Shown: one piece after another, positions 1 to 7,604 of the stretch
Position numbering within the stretch: position 1 is the stretch's first letter
Layout: each line of letters starts with the position of its first letter
Source of the DNA: a virus
Lineage: Duplodnaviria; Caudoviricetes
Length of the DNA: 64,000 bases
Virus record (IMG/VR): IMGVR_UViG_3300025389_001063
Strand: one strand, 5' to 3'
Program-made: the position numbers and the translations under genes
The notes under the pieces: model-generated
Database searches by the model: none
What the model was told of the DNA's origin: nothing
The model's input: the letters and a program-made list of their open reading frames with translations, nothing else

Positions 1-207
1 CCTGGTGAAACTGTTTTCTCGTTTATATCTTCACCAAGTAACAAGGACTCATTAGATTTATCTCAGTTAAAAGAATTAACTAATACACCAATTGGTGGTA
101 GAGGTGCGTTTCCAAACGGTCCAGATATACTTGTTGTTAATGTTTATATTACATCAGCAACCGCTACTGCTAACTTAGTTATTCGTTGGGGTGAAGCACA
201 AGCCTAA
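1..207 (+). CDS. C-terminal end of a large virion structural protein (partial, runs off window start)
   Basis: Open frame from base 1 reads PGETVFSFISSPSNKDSLDLSQLKELTNTPIGGRGAFPNGPDILVVNVY...WGEAQA with TAA at 205-207; structural role inferred from context. Confidence 0.55.
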   Translation, partial: PGETVFSFISSPSNKDSLDLSQLKELTNTPIGGRGAFPNGPDILVVNVYITSATATANLVIRWGEAQA

Positions 208-656
208 GATAATAGAGATAAAAATTCAAAAATTGTATCAATTTTTGCTCTAATAACTTTATTATGTAGTGTATTTCTTATTCCTTGATGTACGGGCTTT
301 GGCCACGAATCTAATTCTGACCATGCCCATCCTTTATGTTCGCTACTTAATATTGGAATAAATTCTTCTTTTACTATACAAACATAGGTTTGAAAATTAA
401 AATGTGTATCGTCGCTAACAAATGTTTCTAAAGGAATTGATTTAATTATTTCTGGCATGAATCCAATTTCTTCATTAATTTCCCTACATAGGCCTTGCCA
501 AACAGATTCATCATTTTCTGTTTTTCCACCAACTAATCCCCAAATTCCTTCTTTTTTTCCTGATGATTTTTGTAATAAAAGAAATCTTTTAGTATTTTGA
601 CTGAGAAATAAAGCACCACTACCACGAATTTTTTTTGTCACAACATCAGACGCCAT
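204..656 (-). CDS. Nudix hydrolase
   Basis: Intact Nudix box G-KTEND-E-SVWQGLC-REINEEIG (GX5EX7REUXEEXGU); start probably ATG 656 or GTG 641 rather than 710. Confidence 0.85.
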   Translation of the reverse strand: MASDVVTKKIRGSGALFLSQNTKRFLLLQKSSGKKEGIWGLVGGKTENDESVWQGLCREINEEIGFMPEIIKSIPLETFVSDDTHFNFQTYVCIVKEEFIPILSSEHKGWAWSELDSWPKPVHQGIRNTLHNKVIRAKIDTIFEFLSLLS

Positions 657-1996
657 AGTCCGTTTCTGTATTCTCCCTCGAAACTCTTGGTCCATGCTTC
701 TCCGTCCCATTTATACTGTATACTAGTTCTTAAATTAGTTATATAGGTAATGTCTGTAGTAGATGCAGCATTGAATACTATATTCCATTTTGATCCATCC
801 CATTCGATAATATTATTAGCATCACTAATGAAATCACTATTATCTCTATTTTTCCAAGCATCTGCTCCATCAGAATTTATAGTTGATCCTATTGATTCTA
901 ATAATAGATATCTAATACCGGGAGCAATATTAGTTGGAGGAGCATAAGTTAGAGGATCTATAATAGCATCAACTGTTCCTCTGTTTTGTATAATTGTATT
1001 TGTAGGATATGTATCTGGATCCCAATTAATTATAGCAAGGGATTCGTCTGTAGGATGAATACTCATTGCACCTACAATTTCTGTACCATCTGCTTTTTTA
1101 AGAAACATTCTACTTGTACCTGCACGAAATTTTCCATATTCGTCGAGTAATTTGTACCAATTTACATTTGTTCCATATTTTTGAGGTATTTCTTCATTAC
1201 TAATACTCTCTCCTGGATTTAATAATCTTGCTGTATTGTTAATAACTAGCAATCCAAAAAAACCTGGTGTAATATATTGAGTTGAATCTGGTTGTCCAAG
1301 TAAAAAATAAGGATCAATTTCGCCTGCTGGTTCTGTAAAAATATTAGCAACAATAGTTTGTATAACTCCCAATCTTTTAACCTTTGCTGGAGGAGTTATC
1401 CATATAGGTGTTTCAAATTCCATAGTTGCAATATCTATCTCACTATCGACACCGACTGGTACAGTTTTACTTGTTAAAACTAAATCAGTTAATTCAACTG
1501 TTGTAAGACTAGTCCAATCAACATAGTTGTCTGTAGTTTGTATTTCAAAACTAGGATTAAAGAATACTAAAATTTGTTCTAATATTTGTAATTTTTGATC
1601 AGTATTTGATGCCCAGATATCTGCCTTAATTGTTAATTTATAAGGAGTAGGCATTAATCTTTCAATTGTATAATTTATTCCTTGTTCTGTATCATATTTT
1701 CCTGTTTGTGAGTTTATTTGTCTTTCTCTAACATTAAATTTACTAACAAAACTTGAATCACTTAGACGATCTCTATCAAATACTAGATCTGTCATATAAA
1801 CAGCAATACGAGGAGTTGAGAGCAACTTGTTTTCAGATCCATCTTTTAAAATGCTTCCAACTTGTCTAGTCATATCTCCATAAATTACAGGAACAACTTT
1901 TTCAACACCGTCAGCCGTTTTAATTTTAAAGTCACTTAACATTCTAATTATTTGAGAAAGATATCGGCGTACTTGGCCGTCATAGAACCATTGAAT
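638..1996 (-). CDS. gp15: Tail completion/sheath stabiliser (T4 gp15-like) with C-terminal extension; probable ATT start
   Basis: PxPYxLxIxADIWASNTDQKLQILEQIL..FNP core; frame stays open upstream of Met1942 through (I)QWFYDGQVRRYLSQIIR with AAGGAG 7 nt before ATT 1996; follows a gp14-like gene. Confidence 0.7.
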   Translation of the reverse strand: MQWFYDGQVRRYLSQIIRMLSDFKIKTADGVEKVVPVIYGDMTRQVGSILKDGSENKLLSTPRIAVYMTDLVFDRDRLSDSSFVSKFNVRERQINSQTGKYDTEQGINYTIERLMPTPYKLTIKADIWASNTDQKLQILEQILVFFNPSFEIQTTDNYVDWTSLTTVELTDLVLTSKTVPVGVDSEIDIATMEFETPIWITPPAKVKRLGVIQTIVANIFTEPAGEIDPYFLLGQPDSTQYITPGFFGLLVINNTARLLNPGESISNEEIPQKYGTNVNWYKLLDEYGKFRAGTSRMFLKKADGTEIVGAMSIHPTDESLAIINWDPDTYPTNTIIQNRGTVDAIIDPLTYAPPTNIAPGIRYLLLESIGSTINSDGADAWKNRDNSDFISDANNIIEWDGSKWNIVFNAASTTDITYITNLRTSIQYKWDGEAWTKSFEGEYRNGLWRLML

Positions 1997-2522
1997 TGTC
2001 GTTCTCCTTTATAAACCAAACACGTTTACCGTTTATTAACTTCCAACTCATAGACCCTTTATTTTTCCATTTCGTACTTTCTTTACCCCGTTTGTTACTT
2101 ATCCATAAACCTGTTTTACCTTTATGACTTCTTGGACTAGAATGTTTTTCTACACCATTATTCTCTTCTCGGCGTCTGGCATGAGCAGCCTTTTGTGCTT
2201 CTCTCATACGTTGTTTGCTTTCTTCAGAATGTATTTTATTATTTCCAGGTTGTCTAATGTTATAACCATTATTGATAGAATCAAATTTCTCTACATAAAA
2301 TTCTTCTAACAAATTTAATTCTTCTAACGAGTTTGCTGTATCTATAACTTCAAATAAAAAAGAATCTAATCCATATTTCCTTAAAGCATTATGAAAATGA
2401 TATTCTCTAGAAGAACGTTTAGAATGATTAATGTGCTCAAGACGACGCTGATTAGGATCTTGTATTGTTTGTCCTATATAACACTTTCCTGATTCTATAT
2501 GAGTAAATTTATAAATATGCAT
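1980..2522 (-). mobile_element. Free-standing GIY-YIG homing endonuclease
   Basis: HIYKFTHIESGKCYIGQT motif with downstream Arg and Glu, plus NUMOD3-like HSEESKQRMREAQK; overlaps both flanking neck/tail genes. Confidence 0.85.
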
Positions 2523-4048
2523 TAGAAATCAGCCCTCGGTCTAAGTGCTTTTGATACTGCCTGTCTTTGTTGTACAGTTTGTTCATATAATGACCATTGT
2601 ATTCGGTCGCCAACTGCTAAAGAATATTGAAAAGTAAAAGCAAGCTTTCCACCTTCATTAAATGTACTAGTAACTGGGTTTCTATTCTCATTTTGGAACA
2701 TTTCAACACCATACATAGTATTATATGTATCTTTTGTAACAATTGTATTGGTTATAAGATTGAGACTTAACGTAGGATCAGTTGGTCGGAATACCATTGG
2801 ATCTGCAACTGTGAATACATCTATATTAAGTAAACCAACACCACTTAATTGTGTATTATTAATAAATGAAGTTCTTTGTGTTTGTCTTTGATCATTATTT
2901 GTCATAGTCATACGTACGTTATCTTCAAATGCTATCCAATGTTTTCCATCAAAACGAAATAAGCGATTTGGATAATAATCTGTACGTAAGAAATAATCAC
3001 CTAATGCTGCACCTGCTGGAAATTGTATTCCGAACCCATATGGAGCACCATTAGGAGGTATACCGTCTCCTACTAAGTATCCCTGATAACCATCCTTGTC
3101 GGGCGATACCATGGTTTCATCTGTTGTATCAGAATCATCAATTGCAATATTTGTTTGATCAACCGTTAATAAATCAACTTGTCCAGAATCTCTATCAACT
3201 GATAATGTCCAAAATTGTTGAGTTTCAAATCCGCTTTTAGGAGCATCTGCTTCTGCTTGTGCTACAACACTATTATTGATTGCTAGAATAGTAAGATAAT
3301 CACTAAGTCCACTTCCTGTAACTTCGTTTGGATTTAATAAACGAAAGAAATTAGTATCAGGTGGAACATTTAGACTAGAATCAGATTCTGCAATCACTTC
3401 ATATAATTGACCGTTATATCTCACAATAACTCCGGGACAATAATGTTTAGTTGCATCAAAGTCTCCAGCAAACATGTCTGCATTAACTGGAATATTAAGA
3501 ATATCTTTAAATTCTGGACTATCTGTTAAAGGTTTACATTTTAATCTATAAAGGTGTGGCCACCATGTCATAGAGAAACCTTCTGCTGCTCTATTAATAT
3601 CTTCTACAACATAAAATCTCTTAAGAGCAAATGCTAAATTTCCCAATGCATATGGATCTATAAGATGAGGTAATTCAATAACATCACCTGAGATAATCTT
3701 ACGGCCTAAGGTGTCGACACTGTTATTAATGTGAATTGTTAAGAATATTGTATCATTTTGTAAAAATAATCCAAATTGACTTAGATTAAAATCAATATCT
3801 TGTACATTATAAACACCGCGTATAGGATACACTGTTGTATCATATTTTCTATCTCTATTTTCTAATAGAAGTACATCTTGGATTGTAGTAGGATCTAAGG
3901 CTTTATTGGGATCACTAGGATCAACAGGACCTAGATACTTATGTATAAAAACATCTGTACCGCCTACTTGAAACATCTCATAGATTTGTTGATCTATGAA
4001 CTTAAAATCATTACCTTTTTCGGGTTTATAAAGACTTAAACGTGGCAT
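2522..4048 (-). CDS. gp14: Neck/head-closure protein (T4 gp14-like) with extra domains
   Basis: DVLLLENRDRKYD and GRKIISGDVIELPHL motifs; position next to gp15-like and near gp13-like genes; TAAATA 5 nt upstream of ATG. Confidence 0.65.
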   Translation of the reverse strand: MPRLSLYKPEKGNDFKFIDQQIYEMFQVGGTDVFIHKYLGPVDPSDPNKALDPTTIQDVLLLENRDRKYDTTVYPIRGVYNVQDIDFNLSQFGLFLQNDTIFLTIHINNSVDTLGRKIISGDVIELPHLIDPYALGNLAFALKRFYVVEDINRAAEGFSMTWWPHLYRLKCKPLTDSPEFKDILNIPVNADMFAGDFDATKHYCPGVIVRYNGQLYEVIAESDSSLNVPPDTNFFRLLNPNEVTGSGLSDYLTILAINNSVVAQAEADAPKSGFETQQFWTLSVDRDSGQVDLLTVDQTNIAIDDSDTTDETMVSPDKDGYQGYLVGDGIPPNGAPYGFGIQFPAGAALGDYFLRTDYYPNRLFRFDGKHWIAFEDNVRMTMTNNDQRQTQRTSFINNTQLSGVGLLNIDVFTVADPMVFRPTDPTLSLNLITNTIVTKDTYNTMYGVEMFQNENRNPVTSTFNEGGKLAFTFQYSLAVGDRIQWSLYEQTVQQRQAVSKALRPRADF

Positions 4049-4052
4049 GTTA

Positions 4053-4076
4053 GTATTTATCGGTAGCGATAAATAC
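4053..4076. promoter_or_regulatory. Back-to-back T4-like late promoters forming a perfect palindrome
   Basis: GTATTTATCG-gtag-CGATAAATAC: 10-bp inverted repeat with one TAAATA on each strand between divergent genes. Confidence 0.7.
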
Positions 4077-4103
4077 GATAAGAAGTCTATTTAGGTGAAA
4101 AAC

Positions 4104-4607
4104 ATGGCGCAACAACTTATAAACATAGGTACAGGACCCAATACAAAGGACGGTGACACAGTTCGTCACGCATTTGATTTAGTAAATCAGAATTTTACTG
4201 ATGTTTATACATTATTAAGAGAAAATACTAGTATAAATCGTTATACTAGTACAGTTGATAATACAGATGTTGGTGCCACAGTTATCGATGTAACTAGTAC
4301 TAAAGTATTTCTAGCAGGCAGACACAATATCAGTGCAAGTTATTCACTATCTGCCGGACTGTATGATGGACAGCAAATTCAGTTTTTTCCACAAGGTCAG
4401 AATGCTAATACTGGCATAACTGATATACAAAATATTCGTGTATATCTACATAAACCATACCACCCAGACTCTAATACTGGATACTCAACTGGTGTGTGGC
4501 CTTGGTATCCTTTTATCAAAATAAGCAATAATGCAAAGTCTATTGCAACAGCAACTTGGAATGCGATAGATAGTGTTTGGATATTAGATCCTTGGTCATT
4601 TGATTAA
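4104..4607 (+). CDS. Virion protein with T4 gp9/gp10-type N-terminal motif
   Basis: MAQQLINIGTGPNTKDGDTVRHAFDLVNQNFTDVY resembles the gp9/gp10 N-terminus (INIG..DDGTGDxLR....iNeNF..LY). Confidence 0.6.
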   Translation: MAQQLINIGTGPNTKDGDTVRHAFDLVNQNFTDVYTLLRENTSINRYTSTVDNTDVGATVIDVTSTKVFLAGRHNISASYSLSAGLYDGQQIQFFPQGQNANTGITDIQNIRVYLHKPYHPDSNTGYSTGVWPWYPFIKISNNAKSIATATWNAIDSVWILDPWSFD

Positions 4608-4674
4608 TCAAATTACTAGCAAGATTAGATTTTAACATAAAAATATAATTGATCTTTTTACATACAATATATAC

Positions 4675-5742
4675 ATGATGTTAAAACTTAAAATAGCTAT
4701 CTATACTATTTGTAAAAACGAATCACAACATGTTGAACGGTGGGCTGCTTCCAATCAAGACGCAGATTTAAGAATAGTCTGCGATACAGGTTCAACAGAC
4801 AATACTGTAGAATTATTAAAATCTAAAGGTGTTACTGTTTATGATATAACAGTAAACCCTTGGCGATTTGATGTTGCTAGAAATACATCATTAAATCTAG
4901 TTCCAGAAGACATTGATGTTTGTATATGGCAAGACTTAGATGAGGCTTTATTAGAAGGCTGGAGAAAACAAATAGAAGATAATTGGACTGAGGATACAAC
5001 TATAGCAAATCATCGTTATAGAAATAACGATAATCCTTGGCAGTGGCATAGCAAAATACATGCTAGACATAATTGTTGGTGGACTGGTGCTGTACATGAA
5101 ACACTCAAATGGTCTGTACCTGAAAAAGCAATTTGGCTCGATGAATTCTACTTAGATGAAAAACAAGACGTTACAAAGAATAGAAGTTATCTTAATTTAT
5201 TACTAAAGAAAATTAGTGAAGATGATCAGAATTGGCGTACATATGCCTTCCTTGCTGGTGAATATGAATCAACAGGAAACATGAAAGAATGTGTTAAAAC
5301 ACGCTTAATTAGTTATGAAAAATGCGACGATGGACCTGTTGTTAAATCATATATTGCTAAAATCATTGCTAAAAATTATGTCGCAATGGAAGATTATACC
5401 TCAGCAGAAAAATGGTTTCAAATTAGTGTAACTGATAGCAACGAAAGAGAATCTTGGTTTAATTATGCAGATTATTGGCATAATAGAGAAGATTGGGAAC
5501 AATGTTATATTGCTGCTAAGAAATGTTTATCAGTAGAAATAAAGAGAGATGGATTTACGCAAGATCCTAAAGCGTGGGGAGCATTACCTTATGACTATGC
5601 TGCTCTTTCTGCTTATCATATTGGTTTCACTAAACAAGCAGTTGAGTATGGCGAAGAGGCATTAAAATTAATGCCAGATGATACTAGATTAATACATAAC
5701 TTAAAATTCTATAAGGAAAAATTAAATGATCAATCCTCCTAA
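4675..5742 (+). CDS. GT2 glycosyltransferase with TPR-like C-terminal helices
   Basis: IYTICKNE, DTGSTD, DLDE (DxD) and GAVHE motifs, followed by helical Ala/Tyr-rich repeats. Confidence 0.8.
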   Translation: MMLKLKIAIYTICKNESQHVERWAASNQDADLRIVCDTGSTDNTVELLKSKGVTVYDITVNPWRFDVARNTSLNLVPEDIDVCIWQDLDEALLEGWRKQIEDNWTEDTTIANHRYRNNDNPWQWHSKIHARHNCWWTGAVHETLKWSVPEKAIWLDEFYLDEKQDVTKNRSYLNLLLKKISEDDQNWRTYAFLAGEYESTGNMKECVKTRLISYEKCDDGPVVKSYIAKIIAKNYVAMEDYTSAEKWFQISVTDSNERESWFNYADYWHNREDWEQCYIAAKKCLSVEIKRDGFTQDPKAWGALPYDYAALSAYHIGFTKQAVEYGEEALKLMPDDTRLIHNLKFYKEKLNDQSS

Positions 5743-6826
5743 GGTTTGTATCTATACCATTGCTCTTAACGAAGAAAAACATGTTGAACGTTTTATGAAC
5801 GCAAGCAAAGATGCTGATCTTGTAATAGTTTGTGATACAGGATCAATAGATCAGACCGTTCCTTTATTAGAAAGATATGGAGCAACTGTCTATAATATAA
5901 AACAAAAACCTTGGAGATTTGATGTTCCAAGAAATACAGCGTTAAGTCTAGTACCAAAAGACTTCGACTTATGTTTAAGTATTGATTTAGACGAATACTT
6001 ACAACCAGGTTGGCGAGAAGCAGTGAATGAGGCTTGGCAAAAGAGCGAAGGTAAGTTAACTAGAATTACCTATGATTATATTTGGAATTGGAAAGAAGAT
6101 GGAGTTACTCCTGACATAAGATTCTTTACAGATAAATTCCACCATAGAAACGGATATATTTGGCGACATCCCTGTCACGAAACACTTTATTGGGAAGGTA
6201 AAGGACCTGAAATAAAAGAAGTTGTTCCTGAGGTTATTTTACATCATAGAGCAGATCCTACAAAGAGCAGAGGACAGTATCTACATTTACTTAAAATGGC
6301 TGTTGAAGAAGCACCTGAAAATGATCGCATGTGTCATTATTATGCTAGAGAACTTATGTACAACAATCGTTGGATTGAAGCAATTACAGAATTTGAAAGA
6401 CATTTAGCATTACCAACTGCTAGATGGAATGAAGAACGATGTGCTAGTTTACGATTTATGTCTAAATGCTATAGAAGTATGGGTAACCTTCAAACAAGTG
6501 TAGACGCAGCAATGAAAGGCCTTTTAGAATGTAATAATACTAGAGAGCCTTGGGTAGAAGTTGCTCGTGCTGCTTATGCTTTAAGTGACTGGCGTACTTG
6601 TTATTGGGCTGCGTCAAAGGCCATAGATATAACAGAAAGATCTATGAGTTATATCTACGATAGTGCTTCGTGGGGTTGGGAACCATATGATCTAGCAGCA
6701 CTAGGTGCGTATTATACAGGACATTATAAAGAAGCACTTCGATATGGTGAAGAAGCAGTAAAATTATTTCCAAATGAAGAAAGATTGAAGAAAAACCTAG
6801 ATTTTTATAAAGACAAAAATCTATAA
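5726..6826 (+). CDS. GT2 glycosyltransferase with TPR-like helices (tandem paralogue)
   Basis: IYTIALNE, DTGSID, PWRFDVPRN, DLDE, HPCHE; same architecture as upstream gene. Confidence 0.8.
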   Translation: MINPPKVCIYTIALNEEKHVERFMNASKDADLVIVCDTGSIDQTVPLLERYGATVYNIKQKPWRFDVPRNTALSLVPKDFDLCLSIDLDEYLQPGWREAVNEAWQKSEGKLTRITYDYIWNWKEDGVTPDIRFFTDKFHHRNGYIWRHPCHETLYWEGKGPEIKEVVPEVILHHRADPTKSRGQYLHLLKMAVEEAPENDRMCHYYARELMYNNRWIEAITEFERHLALPTARWNEERCASLRFMSKCYRSMGNLQTSVDAAMKGLLECNNTREPWVEVARAAYALSDWRTCYWAASKAIDITERSMSYIYDSASWGWEPYDLAALGAYYTGHYKEALRYGEEAVKLFPNEERLKKNLDFYKDKNL

Positions 6827-6833
6827 ATACTGT

Positions 6834-7592
6834 ATGAGCCAATTAGACGACGCTAAAACGCAAATCTTTGAATATGTTGACGCCATGTTGGGCGGAGGCA
6901 TGATTGATGTAGAATTAGATCCCAAACATTATGATATAGCATTACAACGTGCTTTTGACAAATACAGACAAAGGGGTGATAGTTCAGTTGAGGAAAGTTA
7001 TATGTTCCTCACACTTCAACCAAATGTCAATAGTTACAAATTACCCAAAGAAGTAATAACTGTTAGAGAATTGTTCCGTAGATCAATAGGTTCAAGAACA
7101 GGTATGGGTGACGGTGGTACACTATTTGAGCCGTTTAATATGGCTTATACTAACACTTACTTACTATCGAGTTCAAATATGGGTGGTATTGCTACTTACG
7201 AAATCTTTGCTCAATATCAAGAGATGGTAGGTAGAATATTTGGTAGTTTTATCAACTATAGATATAACCAATCTACACAAACTCTAATGATTTTACAGCG
7301 CCCAATGGCTGAAGAACAAATTCTACTTTGGACATATAACTATCGTCCAGATTTTATTATCCTCGAAGATATCTATGCCAAACAGTGGATACGTGATTAT
7401 ACACTTGCCAATTGTAAATTAATGATCGGAGAGGCACGTGAAAAATTTGCTCAAATTGCCGGACCACAAGGTGGCTCGAGCCTAAACGGTACAGCAATGA
7501 AAACTGAAGCAAAAGAAATGATGGAAAAACTTGAAGCAGAATTGATGCAACAAGTAACAGGCGGTCAAGGTTACACCTTCATTATAGGATAG
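6834..7592 (+). CDS. gp13: Neck protein (T4 gp13-like head-tail adaptor)
   Basis: LGGGMIDVELD..HY..AL..A...Y N-terminus and KEMMEKLEAEL C-terminus; TATAAATA at 6822-6829. Confidence 0.7.
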   Translation: MSQLDDAKTQIFEYVDAMLGGGMIDVELDPKHYDIALQRAFDKYRQRGDSSVEESYMFLTLQPNVNSYKLPKEVITVRELFRRSIGSRTGMGDGGTLFEPFNMAYTNTYLLSSSNMGGIATYEIFAQYQEMVGRIFGSFINYRYNQSTQTLMILQRPMAEEQILLWTYNYRPDFIILEDIYAKQWIRDYTLANCKLMIGEAREKFAQIAGPQGGSSLNGTAMKTEAKEMMEKLEAELMQQVTGGQGYTFIIG

Positions 7593-7604
7593 GAATTTTT
7601 CTAA

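Noticed and set aside
1980-2522. Group I intron around the GIY-YIG gene
   Set aside because: The ORF fills the whole gap between the flanking genes, leaving no room for a ribozyme core; no P7-type motifs recognised
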